Assembly (NCBI GenBank): GCA_964016885.1
Contig: OZ024741.1
Location: 249,302,001 to 249,366,000, forward strand
DNA from: Eledone cirrhosa
Lineage: Eukaryota
Length of the DNA: 64,000 bases
Reading direction: 5' to 3'
Both the position numbers and the translations under genes were made by a program. Under the pieces are notes generated by a model that did no database searches, was not told where the DNA came from, and saw only the letters and a list, made by a program, of their open reading frames with translations. Shown one piece after another: positions 11,001 through 25,200 of this stretch (positions are counted from its first letter, which is position 1; the number at the start of each line of letters is the position of its first letter).

Positions 11001-13240
11001 TAGATAATTTGTAAAAAAAATCAGGGGGAGATAATTTGTAAAAAAAATCAGGGGGAGATAATTTGTAAAAAAAATCAGGGGTAGATAATTTTCAGCCGTC
11101 CAAGGGGAGATAATTTCCATCCTTCCAAGGGGAGATAATTTCCAGCCGTCCAAGGGGAGATAATTTCCCGCCAGCCAAGGAGAGATAACATTTAAAAAAA
11201 TCAGGCGGAGATAATTTGTAAAAAAATCAGGGGGAGATAATTTGTAAAAAAAATCAGGGGTAGATAATTTTCAGCCGTCCAAGGGGAGATAATTTCCATC
11301 CTTCCAAGGGGAGATAATTTCCAGCCGTCCAAGGGGAGATAATTTCCCGCCAGCCAAGGAGAGATAATATTTAAAAAAATCAGGCGGAGATAATTTGTAA
11401 AAAAAATCAGGGGGAGATAATTTGTAAAAAAAAATCAGGGGGAGATAATTTGTAAAAAAAAATCAGGAGGAGATAATTTGTAAAAAAAAATCAGGGGTAG
11501 ATAATTTGTAAAAAAAAATCAGGGGGAGATAATTTGTAAAAAAAAAATCAAGGGGAGATAATTTCCAGCCGTCCAAGGGGAGATAATTTTCAGCCGTCCA
11601 AGGAGAGGTAATTTCTAGCCGTCCAAGGGGAGATAATTTCCAGCCAGCCAAGGGGAGATAATTTCCCGCCAGCCAAGGAGAGATAACATTTAAAAAAATC
11701 AGGCGGAGATAATTTGTAAAAAAAATCAGGGGGAGATAATTTGTAAAAAAATCAGGGGGAGATAATTTGTAAAAAAAATCAGGGGTAGATAATTTCCAGC
11801 CGTCCAAGGGGAGATAATTTCCATCCTTCCAAGGGGAGATAATTTCCAGCCGTCCAAGGGGAGATAATTTCCCGCCAGCCAAGGAGACATAATATTTAAA
11901 AAAATCAGGCGGAGATAATTTGTAAAAAAAATCAGGGGGAGATAATTTGTAAAAAAATCAGGGGGAGATAATTTGTAAAAAAAAATCAGGGGAGATAATT
12001 TGTAAAAAAAATCAGGGGGAGATAATTTGTAAAAAAAAATCAGGGGTAGATAATTTGTAAAAAAAAATCAGGGGGAGATAATTTGTAAAAAAAAAATCAG
12101 GGGGAGATAATTTGTAAAAAAATCAAGGGGAGATAATTTCCAGCCGTCCAAAGGGAGATAATTTTCAGCCGTCCAAGGAGGTAATTTCTAGCCGTCCAAG
12201 GGGAGATAATTTCCAGCCGTCCAAGGGGAGATAATTTTTTTAAAAAAATCAGGCGGAGATAATTTGTAAACAAAAATCAGGGGGAGATAATTTGTAAAAA
12301 AAAATCAGGGGGAGATAATTTGTAAAAAAAAATCAGGGGGAGATAATTTGTAAAAAAAATCAAGGGGAGATAATTTCCAGCCGTCCAAGGGGAGGTAATA
12401 TCTAGCCATCCAAGGGGAGATAATTTCCAGCCGTCCAAGGGGAGATAATTTCCAGCCGTCCAAGGGGAGATAATATCCAGCCGTCCAAGGAGACATATTT
12501 TCCAGCCGTCCAAGGAGAGGTAATTTCTAGCCGTCCAAGGGGAGATAAGTTCCAGCCTCCAAGGGGAGATAATTTCCAGCCAGCCAAGGGGAGATAATTT
12601 GTAAAAAAATCAGGGGGAGATAATTTGTAAAAAAAAAATCAGGGGGAGATAATTTGTAAAAAAATCAGGGGGAGATAATTTGTAAAAAAAAAATCAGGGG
12701 GAGATAATTTGTAAAAAAAATCAGGGGGAGATAATTTGTAAAAAAAATCAGGGGTAGATAATTTGTAAAAAAAATCAGGGGGAGATAATTTGTAAAAAAA
12801 ATCAGGGGGAGATAATTTATAAAAAAAATCAGGGGTAGATAATTTGTAAAAAAAAATCAGGGGGAGATAATTTGTAAAAAAAATCAGGGGGAGATAATTT
12901 GTAAAAAAAATCAGGGGTAGATAATTTCCAGCCGTCCAAGGGGAGATAATTTCCATCCTTCCAAGGGGAGATAATTTCCAGCCGTCCAAGGGGAGATAAT
13001 TTCCCGCCAGCCAAGGAGAGATAACATTTAAAAAAATCAGGCGGAGATAATTTGTAAAAAAAATCAGGGGGAGATAATTTGTAAAAAAATCAGGGGGAGA
13101 TAATTTGTAAAAAAAATCAGGGGTAGATAATTTCCAGCCGTCCAAGGGGAGATAATTTCCATCCTTCCAAGGGGAGATAATTTCCAGCCGTCCAAGGGGA
13201 GATAATTTCCCGCCAGCCAAGGAGAGATAATATTTAAAAA
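5100..13240 (+). repeat. Tandem duplication of a ~4,066-bp unit (2 copies; boundaries approximate)
   Basis: Constant ORF offsets of 4066 (5136/9202, 5577/9643, 6230/10296, 7397/11463, 8211/12277). The private truncated monomer TTTCCCGCCAGGGGAG occurs at 5311 and 9377. Confidence 0.9.
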
Positions 13241-16200
13241 AATCAGGCGGAGATAATTTGTAAAAAAAATCAGGGGGAGATAATTTGTAAAAAAATCAGG
13301 GGGAGATAATTTGTAAAAAAAAATCAGGGGAGATAATTTGTAAAAAAAATCAGGGGGAGATAATTTGTAAAAAAAAATCAGGGGTAGATAATTTGTAAAA
13401 AAAAATCAGGGGGAGATAATTTGTAAAAAAAAAATCAGGGGGAGATAATTTGTAAAAAAATCAAGGGGAGATAATTTCCAGCCGTCCAAAGGGAGATAAT
13501 TTTCAGCCGTCCAAGGAGGTAATTTCTAGCCGTCCAAGGGGAGATAATTTCCAGCCGTCCAAGGGGAGATAATTTTTTTAAAAAAATCAGGCGGAGATAA
13601 TTTGTAAACAAAAATCAGGGGGAGATAATTTGTAAAAAAAAATCAGGGGGAGATAATTTGTAAAAAAAATCAGGGGGAGATAATTTGTAAAAAAAATCAA
13701 GGGGAGATAATTTCCAGCCGTCCAAGGGGAGGTAATATCTAGCCATCCAAGGGGAGATAATTTCCAGCCGTCCAAGGGGAGATAATATCCAGCCGTCCAA
13801 GGAGACATATTTTCCAGCCGTCCAAGGAGAGGTAATTTCTAGCCGTCCAAGGGGAGATAAGTTCCAGCCTCCAAGGGGAGATAATTTCCAGCCAGCCAAG
13901 GGGAGATAATTTGTAAAAAAATCAGGGGGAGATAATTTGTAAAAAAAAAATCAGGGGGAGATAATTTGTAAAAAAATCAGGGGGAGATAATTTGTAAAAA
14001 AAAAATCAGGGGGAGATAATTTGTAAAAAAAATCAGGGGGAGATAATTTGTAAAAAAAATCAGGGGTAGATAATTTGTAAAAAAAATCAGGGGGAGATAA
14101 TTTGTAAAAAAAATCAGGGGGAGATAATTTGTAAAAAAAATCAGGGGTAGATAATTTTCAGCCCTCCAAGGGGAGATAATTTCCATCCTTCCAAGGGGAG
14201 ATAATTTCCAGCTGTCCAAGGGGAGATAATTTCCCGCCAGCCAAGGAGAGATAACATTTAAAAAAATCAGGCGGAGATAATTTGTAAAAAAAATCAGGGG
14301 GAGATAATTTGTAAAAAAATCAGGGGGAGATAATTTGTAAAAAAAATCAGGGGTAGATAATTTCCAGCCGTCCAAGGGGAGATAATTTCCATCCTTCCAA
14401 GGGGAGATAATTTCCAGCCGTCCAAGGGGAGATAATTTCCCGCCAGCCAAGGAGAGATAATATTTAAAAAAATCAGGCGGAGATAATTTGTAAAAAAAAA
14501 TCAGGGGGAGATAATTTGTAAAAAAATCAGGGGGAGATAATTTGTAAAAAAAAATCAGGGGGAGATAATTTGTAAAAAAAATCAGGGGGAGATAATTTGT
14601 AAAAAAAAATCAGGGGTAGATAATTTGTAAAAAAAAATCAGGGGGAGATAATTTGTAAAAAAAAATCAGGGGGAGATAATTTGTAAAAAAATCAAGGGGA
14701 GATAATTTCCAGCCGTCCAAGGGGAGATAATTTTCAGCCGTCCAAGGAGAGGTAATTTCTAGCCGTCCAAGGGGAGATAATTTCCAGCCGTCCAAGGGGA
14801 GATAATTTTTTTAAAAAAATCAGGCGGAGATAATTTGTAAACAAAAATCAGGGGGAGATAATTTGTAAAAAAAAATCAGGGGGAGATAATTTGTAAAAAA
14901 AAATCAGGGGGAGATAATTTGTAAAAAAAATCAAGGGGAGATAATTTCCAGCCGTCCAAGGGGAGGTAATATCTAGCCATCCAAGGGGAGATAATTTCCA
15001 GCCGTCCAAGGGGAGATAATTTCCAGCCGTCCAAGGGGAGATAATATCCAGCCGTCCAAGGAGACATATTTTCCAGCCGTCCAAGGAGAGGTAATTTCTA
15101 GCCGTCCAAGGGGAGATAAGTTCCAGCCTCCAAGGGGAGATAATTTCCAGCCAGCCAAGGGGAGATAATTTGTAAAAAAATCAGGGGGAGATAATTTGTA
15201 AAAAAAAATCAGGGGGAGATAATTTGTAAAAAAATCAGGGGGAGATAATTTGTAAAAAAAAATCAGGGGGAGATAATTTGTAAAAAAAATCAGGGGGAGA
15301 TAATTTGTAAAAAAAATCAGGGGTAGATAATTTGTAAAAAAAATCAGGGGGAGATAATTTGTAAAAAAAATCAGGGGGAGATAATTTGTAAAAAAAATCA
15401 GGGGTAGATAATTTTCAGCCGTCCAAGGGGAGATAATTTCCATCCTTCCAAGGAGAGGTAATTTCTAGCCGTCCAAGGGGAGATAATTTCCAGCCAGCCA
15501 AGGGGAGATAATTTGTAAAAAAATCAGGGGTAGATAATTTGTGAAAAAAAATCAGGGGGAGATAATTTGTAAAAAAAATCAGGGGGAGATAATTTGTAAA
15601 AAAAATCAGGGGTAGATAATTTCCAGCCGTCCAAGGGGAGATAATTTCCATCCTTCCAAGGGGAGATAATTTCCAGCCGTCCAAGGGGAGATAATTTCCC
15701 GCCAGCCAAGGAGAGATAACATTTAAAAAAATCAGGCGGAGATAATTTGTAAAAAAAATCAGAGGGAGATAATTTGTAAAAAAATCAGGGGGAGATAATT
15801 TGTAAAAAAAATCAGGGGTAGATAATTTCCAGCCGTCCAAGGGGAGATAATTTCCATCCTTCCAAGGGGAGATAATTTCCAGCCGTCCAAGGGGAGATAA
15901 TTTCCCGCCAGCCAAGGAGAGATAATATTTAAAAAAATCAGGCGGAGATAATTTGTAAAAAAAATCAGGGGGAGATAATTTGTAAAAAAATCAGGGGGAG
16001 ATAATTTGTAAAAAAAAATCAGGGGAGATAATTTGTAAAAAAAATCAGGGGGAGATAATTTGTAAAAAAAAATCAGGGGTAGATAATTTGTAAAAAAAAT
16101 TCAGGGGGAGATAATTTGTAAAAAAAAAATCAGGGGGAGATAATTTGTAAAAAAATCAAGGGGAGATAATTTCCAGCCGTCCAAAGGGAGATAATTTTCA

Positions 16201-19200
16201 GCCGTCCAAGGAGGTAATTTCCAGCCGTCCAAGGGGAGATAATGTTTTTAAAAAAATCAGGCGGACATAATTTGTAAACAAAAATCAGGGGGAGATAATT
16301 TGTAAAAAAAAATCAGGGGGAGATAATTTGTAAAAAAAAATCATGGGGAGATAATTTGTAAAAAAAATCAAGGGGAGATAATTTCCAGCCGTCCAAGGGG
16401 AGGTAATATCTAGCCATCCAAGGGGAGATAATTTCCAGCCGTCCAAGGGGAGATAATTTCCAGCCGTCCAAGGGGAGATAATATCCAGCCGTCCAAGGAG
16501 ACATATTTTCCAGCCGTCCAAGGAGAGGTAATTTCTAGCCGTCCAAGGGGAGATAAGTTCCAGCCTCCAAGGGGAGATAATTTCCAGCCAGCCAAGGGGA
16601 GATAATTTGTAAAAAAATCAGGGGGAGATAATTTGTAAAAAAAAAATCAGGGGGAGATAATTTGTAAAAAAATCAGGGGGAGATAATTTGTAAAAAAAAA
16701 ATCAGGGGGAGATAATTTGTAAAAAAAATCAGGGGGAGATAATTTGTAAAAAAAATCAGGGGTAGATAATTTTCAGCCCTCCAAGGGGAGATAATTTCCA
16801 TCCTTCCAAGGGGAGATAATTTCCAGCCGTCCAAGGGGAGATAATTTCCCGCCAGCCAAGGAGAGATAACATTTAAAAAAATCAGGCGGAGATAATTTGT
16901 AAAAAAAATCAGGGGGAGATAATTTGTAAAAAAATCAGGGGGAGATAATTTGTAAAAAAAATCAGGGGTAGATAATTTCCAGCCGTCCAAGGGGAGATAA
17001 TTTCCATCCTTCCAAGGGGAGATAATTTCCAGCCGTCCAAGGGGAGATAATTTCCCGCCAGCCAAGGAGAGATAATATTTAAAAAAATCAGGCGGAGATA
17101 ATTTGTAAAAAAAATCAGGGGGAGATAATTTGTAAAAAAATCAGGGGGAGATAATTTGTAAAAAAAAATCAGGGGGAGATAATTTGTAAAAAAAATCAGG
17201 GGGAGATAATTTGTAAAAAAAAATCAGGGGTAGATAATTTGTAAAAAAAAATCAGGGGGAGATAATTTGTAAAAAAATCAAGGGGAGATAATTTCCAGCC
17301 GTCCATGGGGAGATAATTTTCAGCCGTCCAAGGAGAGGTAATTTCTAGCCGTCCAAGGGGAGATAATTTCCAGCCGTCCAAGGGGAGATAATTTTTAAAA
17401 AAAATCAGGCGGAGATAATTTGTAAAAAAAAATCAGGGGGAGATAATTTGTAAAAAAAAATCAGGGGGAGATAATTTGTAAAAAAAATCAAGGGGAGATA
17501 ATTTCCAGCCGTCCAAGGGGAGGTAATATCTAGCCATCCAAGGGGAGATAATTTCCAGCCGTCCAAGGGGAGATAATTTCCAGCCGTCCAAGGGGAGATA
17601 ATATCATGCCGTCCAAGGAGACATATTTTCCAGCCGTCCAAGGAGACGTAATTTCTAGCCGTCCAAGGGGAGATAAGTTCCAGCCTCCAAGGGGAGATAA
17701 TTTCCAGCCAGCCAAGGGGAGATAATTTGTAAAAAAATTAGGGGGAGATAATTTGTAAAAAAAAATTAGGGGGAGATAATTTGTAAAAAAAAATCAGGGG
17801 GAGATAATTTGTAAAAAAAAATCAGGGGGAGATAATTTGTAAAAAAAATCAAGGGGAGATAATTTCCAGCCGTCCAAGGGGAGATAATTTTCAGCCGTCC
17901 AAGGAGAGGTAAATTCTAGCCGTCCAAGGAGATATAATTTCCAGCCGTCCAAGGGGAGATAATTTCCAGCCGTCCAAGGGAAGATAATTTTTTAAAAAAT
18001 CAGGCGGAGATTGTAAAAAAAATCAGGGGGAGATAATTTGTAAATAAAATCAGGGGGAGATAATTTGTAAAAAAAATCAGGGGGAGATAATTTGTAAAAA
18101 AAATCAGGGGTAGATAATTTTCAGCCGTCCAAGGGGAGATAATTTCCATCCTTCCAAGGGGAGATAATTTCCAGCCGTCCAAGGGGAGATAATTTCCCGC
18201 CAGCCAAGGAGAGATAACATTTAAAAAAATCAGGCGGAGATAATTTGTAAAAAAAATCAGGGGGAGATAATTTGTAAAAAAATCAGGGGGAGATAATTTG
18301 TAAAAAAAATCAGGGGTAGATAATTTCCAGCCGTCCAAGGGGAGATAATTTCCATCCTTCCAAGGGGAGATAATTTCCAGCCGTCCAAGGGGAGATAATT
18401 TCCCGCCAGCCAAGGAGAGATAACATTTAAAAAAATCAGGGGGAGATAATTTGTAAAAAAAATCAGGGGGAGATAATTTGTAAAAAAATCAGGGGGAGAT
18501 AATTTGTAAAAAAAAATCAGGGGGAGATAATTTGTAAAAAAAATCAGGGGGAGATAATTTGTAAAAAAAAATCAGGGGTAGATAATTTGTAAAAAAAAAT
18601 CAGGGGGAGATAATTTGTAAAGAAAAAATCAGGGGGAGATAATTTGTAAAAAAATCAAGGGGAGATAATTTCCAGCCGTCCAAGGGGAGATAATTTTCAG
18701 CCGTCCAAGGAGAGGTAATTTCTAGCCGTCCAAGGGGAGATAATTTCCAGCCGTCCAAGGGGAGATAATTTTTTTAAAAAAATCAGGCGGAGATAATTTG
18801 TAAACAAAAATCAGGGGGAGATAATTTGTAAAAAAAAATCAGGGGGCGATAATTTGTAAAAAAAAATCAGGGGGAGATAATTTGTAAAAAAAATCAAGGG
18901 GAGATAATTTCCAGCCGTCCAAGGGGAGGTAATATCTAGCCATCCAAGGGGAGATAATTTCCAGCCGTCCAAGGGGAGATAATTTCCAGCCGTCCAAGGG
19001 GAGATAATATCCAGCCGTCCAAGGAGACATATTTTCCAGCCGTCCAAGGAGACGTAATTTCTAGCCGTCCAAGGGGAGATAAGTTCCAGCCTCCAAGGGG
19101 AGATAATTTCCAGCCAGCCAAGGGGAGATAATTTGTAAAAAAATTAGGGGGAGATAATTTCTAAAAAAAAATTAGGGGGAGATAATTTGTAAAAAAAAAT

Positions 19201-22200
19201 CAGGGGGAGATAATTTGTAAAAAAAAATCAGGGGGAGATAATTTGTAAAAAAAATCAAGGGGAGATAATTTCCAGCCGTCCAAGGGGAGATAATTTTCAG
19301 CCGTCCAAGGAGAGGTAAATTCTAGCCGTCCAAGGAGATATAATTTCCAGCCGTCCAAGGGGAGATAATTTCCAGCCGTCCAAGGGGAGATAATTTTTAA
19401 AAAAAAATCAGGCGGAGATAATTTGTAAACAAAAATCAGGGGGAGATAATTTTTTAAAAAAAATCAGGGGGAGATAATTTGTAAAAAAAAATCAGGGGGA
19501 GATAATTTGTAAAAAAAATCAAGGGGAGATAATTTCCAGCCGTCCAAGGGGAGGTAATATCTAGCCATCCAAGGGGAGATAATTTCCAGCCGTCCAAGGG
19601 GAGATAATTTCCAGCCGTCCAAGGGGAGATAATATCCAGCCGTCCAAGGAGACATATTTTCCAGCCGTCCAAGGAGAGGTAATTTCTAGCCGTCCAAGGG
19701 GAGATAAGTTCCAGCCTCCAAGGGGAGATAATTTCCAGCCAGCCAAGGGGAGATAATTTGTAAAAAAATCAGGGGGGAGATAATTTGTAAAAAAAATCAG
19801 GGGGAGATAATTTGAAAAAAAAATCAGGGGGAGATAATTTGTAAAAAATATCAAGGGGAGATAATTTCCAGCCCTCCAAGGGGCTATAATTTCCAGCCGT
19901 GCAAGGGGAGATAATTTCCAGCCGTCCAAGGGGAGATAATTTCCATCCTTCCAAGGGGAGATAATTTCCAGCCGTCCAAGGGGAGATAATTTCCCGCCAG
20001 CCAAGGGAAGATAATTTTTTAAAAAATCAGGCGGAGATTGTAAAAAAAATCAGGGGGAGATAATTTGTAAAAAAATCAGGGGGAGATAATTTGTAAAAAA
20101 AAAATCAGGGGGAGATAATTTGTAAAAAAAAATCAGGGGGAGATAATTTGTAAAAAAAATCAGGGGGAGATAATTTGTAAAAAAAATCAGGGGTAGATAA
20201 TTTGTAAAAAAAATCAGGGGGAGATAATTTGTAAAAAAAATCAGGGGGAGATAATTTGTAAAAAAAATCAGGGGTAGATAATTTTCAGCCGTCCAAGGGG
20301 AGATAATTTCCATCCTTCCAAGGGGAGATAATTTCCAGCCGTCCAAGGGGAGATAATTTCCCGCCAGCCAAGGAGAGATAACATTTAAAAAAATCAGGCG
20401 GAGATAATTTGTAAAAAAATCAGGGGGAGATAATTTGTAAAAAAAAATCAGGGGTAGATAATTTCCAGCCGTCCAAGGGGAGATAATTTCCATCCTTCCA
20501 AGGGGAGATAATTTCCAGCCGTCCAAGGGGAGATAATTTCCCGCCAGCCAAGGAGAGATAATATTTAAAAAAATCAGGCGGAGATAATTTGTAAAAAAAA
20601 TCAGGGGGAGATAATTTGTAAAAAAATCAGGGGGAGATAATTTGTAAAAAAAAATCAGGGGGAGATAATTTGTAAAAAAAAATCAGGGGGAGATAATTTG
20701 TAAAAAAAAATCAGGGGTAGATAATTTGTAAAAAAAAATCAGGGTGAGATAATTTGTAAAAGAAAAATCAGGGGGAGATAATTTGTAAAAAAATCAAGGG
20801 GAGATAATTTCCAGCCGTCCAAGGGGAGATAATTTTCAGCCGTCCAAGGAGAGGTAATTTCTAGCCGTCCAAGGGGAGATAATTTCCAGCCGTCCAAGGG
20901 GAGATAATTTTTTTTAAAAAATCAGGCGGAGATAATTTGTAAACAAAAATCAGGGGGAGATAATTTGTAAAAAAAAATCAGGGGGAGATAATTTGTAAAA
21001 AAAAATCAGGGGGAGATAATTTGTAAAAAAAATCAAGGGGAGATAATTTGTCCAAAAAAATCAGGGGTAGATAATTTGTAAAAAAAAATCAGGGGGAGAT
21101 AATTTGTAAAAAAAAAATCAGGGGGAGATAATTTGTAAAAAAATCAAGGGGAGATAATTTCCAGCCGTCCAAGGGGAGATAATTTTCAGCCGTCCAAGGA
21201 GAGGTAATTTCTAGCCGTCCAAGGGGAGATAATTTCCAGCCAGCCAAGGGGAGATAATTTGTAAAAAAATCAGGGGTAGATAATTTGTAAAAAAAAATCA
21301 GGGGGAGATAATTTGTAAAAAAAATCAGGGGGAGATAATTTGTAAAAAAAATCAGGGGTAGATAATTTCCAGCCGTCCAAGGGGAGATAATTTCCATCCT
21401 TCCAAGGGGAGATAATTTCCAGCCGTCCAAGGGGAGATAATTTCCCGCCAGCCAAGGAGAGATAACATTTAAAAAAATCAGGCGGAGATAATTTGTAAAA
21501 AAAAATCAGGGGGAGATAATTTGTAAAAAAAATCAGGGGGAGATAATTTGTAAAAAAAATCAGGGGTAGATAATTTCCAGCCGTCCAAGGGGAGATAATT
21601 TCCATCCTTCCAAGGGGAGATAATTTCCAGCCGTCCAAGGGGAGATAATTTCCCGCCAGCCAAGGAGAGATAATATTTAAAAAAATCAGGCGGAGATAAT
21701 TTGTAAAAAAAATCAGGGGGAGATAATTTGTAAAAAAATCAGGGGGAGATAATTTGTAAAAAAAAATCAGGGGAGATAATTTGTAAAAAAAATCAGGGAG
21801 AGATAATTTGTAAAAAAAAATCAGGGGTAGATAATTTGTAAAAAAAAATCAGGGGGAGATAATTTGTAAAAAAAAAATCAGGGGGAGATAATTTGTAAAA
21901 AAATCAAGGGCAGATAATTTCCAGCCGTCCAAGGGGAGATAATTTTCAGCCGTCCAAGGAGGTAATTTCTAGCCGTCCAAGGGGAGATAATTTCCAGCCG
22001 TCCAAGGGGAGATAATTTTTTTAAAAAAATCAGGCGGAGATAATTTGTAAACAAAAATCAGGGGGAGATAATTTGTAAAAAAAAATCAGGGGGAGATAAT
22101 TTGTAAAAAAAAATCAGGGGGAGATAATTTGTAAAAAAAATCAAGGGGAGATAATTTCCAGCCGTCCAAGGGGAGGTAATATCTAGCCATCCAAGGGGAG

Positions 22201-25200
22201 ATAATTTCCAGCCGTCCAAGGGGAGATAATTTCCAGCCGTCCAAGGGGAGATAATATCCAGCCGTCCAAGGAGACATATTTTCCAGCCGTCCAAGGAGAG
22301 GTAATTTCTAGCCGTCCAAGGGGAGATAAGTTCCAGCCTCCAAGGGGAGATAATTTCCAGCCAGCCAAGGGGAGATAATTTGTAAAAAAATCAGGGGGAG
22401 ATAATTTGTAAAAAAAAAATCAGGGGCAGATAATTTGTAAAAAAATCAGGGGGAGATAATTTGTAAAAAAAATCAGGGGGAGATAATTTGTAGAAAAAAT
22501 CAGGGGTAGATAATTTGTAAAAAAAATCAGGGGGAGATAATTTGTAAAAAAAATCAGGGGGAGATAATTTGTAAAAAAAATCAGGGGTAGATAATTTTCA
22601 GCCGTCCAAGGGGAGATAATTTCCATCCTTCCAAGGGGAGATAATTTCCAGCCGTCCAAGGGGAGATAATTTCCCGCCAGCCAAGGAGAGATAACATTTA
22701 AAAAAATCAGGCGGAGATAATTTGTAAAAAAAATCAGGGGGAGATAATTTGTAAAAAAATCAGGGGGAGATAATTTGTAAAAAAAATCAGGGGTAGATAA
22801 TTTCCAGCCGTCCAAGGGGAGATAATTTCCATCCTTCCAAGGGGAGATAATTTCCAGCCGTCCAAGGGGAGATAATTTCCCGCCAGCCAAGGAGAGATAA
22901 TATTTAAAAAAATCAGGCGGAGATAATTTGTAAAAAAAATCAGGTGGAGATAATTTGTAAAAAAATCAGGGGGAGATAATTTGTAAAAAAAAATCAGGGG
23001 GAGATAATTTGTAAAAAAAATCAGGGGTAGATAATTTGTAAAAAAAAATCAGGGGGAGATAATTTGTAAAAAAAAAATCAGGGGGAGATAATTTGTAAAA
23101 AAATCAAGGGGAGATAATTTCCAGCCGTCCAAGGGGAGATAATTTTCAGCCGTCCAAGGAGAGGTAATTTCTAGCCGTCCAAGGGGAGATAATTTCCAGC
23201 CGTCCAAGGGGAGATAATTTTTTTAAAAAAATCAGGCGGAGATAATTTGTAAACAAAAATCAGGGGGAGATAATTTGTAAAAAAAAATCAGGGGGAGATA
23301 ATTTGTAAAAAAAAATCAGGGGGAGATAATTTGTAAAAAAAATCAAGGGGAGATAATTTCCAGCCGTCCAAGGGGAGGTAATATCTAGCCATCCAAGGGG
23401 AGATAATTTCCAGCCGTCCAAGGGGAGATATTTTCCAGCCGTCCAAGGAGAGGTAATTTCTAGCCGTCCAAGGGGAGATAAGTTCCTGCCTCCAAGGGGA
23501 GATAATTTCCAGCCAGCCAAGGGGAGATAATTTGTAAAAAAATCAGGGGGAGATAATTTGTAAAAAAAAAATCAGGGGGAGATAATTTGTAAAAAAATCA
23601 GGGGGAGATAATTTGTAAAAAAAAAATCAGGGGGAGATAATTTGTAAAAAAAATCAGGGGGAGATAATTTGTAAAAAAAATCAGGGGTAGATAATTTGTA
23701 AAAAAAATCAGGGGGAGATAATTTGTAAAAAAAATCAGGGGGAGATAATTTGTAAAAAAAATCAGGGGTAGATAATTTTCAGCCCTCCAAGGGGAGATAA
23801 TTTCCATCCTTCCAAGGGGAGATAATTTCCAGCCGTCCAAGGGGAGATAATTTCCCGCCAGCCAAGGAGAGATAACATTTAAAAAAATCAGGCGGAGATA
23901 ATTTGTAAAAAAAAATCAGGGGGAGATAATTTGTAAAAAAAATCAAGGGGAGATAATTTCCAGCCGTCCAAGGGGAGGTAATATCTAGCCATCCAAGGGG
24001 AGATAATTTCCAGCCGTCCAAGGGGAGATAATTTCCAGCCGTCCAAGGGGAGATAATATCCAGCCGTCCAAGGAGACATATTTTCCAGCCGTCCAAGGAG
24101 ACGTAATTTCTAGCCGTCCAAGGGGAGATAAGTTCCAGCCTCCAAGGGGAGATAATTTCCAGCCAGCCAAGGGGAGATAATTTGTAAAAAAATTAGGGGG
24201 AGATAATTTGTAAAAAAAAATTAGGGGGAGATAATTTGTAAAAAAAAATCAGGGGGAGATAATTTGTAAAAAAAAATCAGGGGGAGATAATTTGTAAAAA
24301 AAAATCAGGGGGAGATAATTTGTAAAAAAAAAATCAGGCGGAGATAATTTGTAAAAAAATCAAGGGGAGATAATTTCCAGCCGTCCAAGGGGAGATAATT
24401 TTCAGCCGTCCAAGGAGAGGTAATTTCTAGCCGTCCAAGGGGAGATAATTTCCAGCCGTCCAAGGGGAGATAATTTTTTTAAAATAATCAGGCGGAGATA
24501 ATTTGTAAACAAAAATCAGGGGGAGATAATTTGTAAAAAAAAATCAGGGGGAGATAATTTGTAAAAAAAATCAGGGGGAGATAATTTGTAAAAAAAATCA
24601 AGGGGAGATAATTTGTAAAAAAAAATCAGGGGTAGATAATTTGTAAAAAAAAATCAGGGGGAGATAATTTGTAAAAAAAAAATCAGGGGGAGATAATTTG
24701 TAAAAAAATCAAGGGGAGATAATTTCCAGCCGTCCAAGGGGAGATAATTTTAAGCCGTCCAAGGAGAGGTAATTTCTAGCCGTCCAAGGGGAGATAATTT
24801 CCAGCCAGCCAAGGGGAGATAATTTGTAAAAAAATCAGGGGTAGATAATTTGTAAAAAAAAATCAGGGGGAGATAATTTGTAAAAAAAATCAGGGGGAGA
24901 TAATTTGTAAAAAAAATCAGGGGTAGATAATTTCCAGCCGTCCAAGGGGAGATAATTTCCATCCTTCCAAGGGGAGATAATTTCCAGCCGTCCAAGGGGA
25001 GATAATTTCCCGCCAGCCAAGGAGAGATAACATTTAAAAAAATCAGGCGGAGATAATTTGTAAAAAAAATCAGGGGGAGATAATTTGTAAAAAAATCAGG
25101 GGGAGATAATTTGTAAAAAAAATCAGGGGTAGATAATTTCCAGCCGTCCAAGGGGAGATAATTTCCATCCTTCCAAGGGGAGATAATTTCCAGCCGTCCA

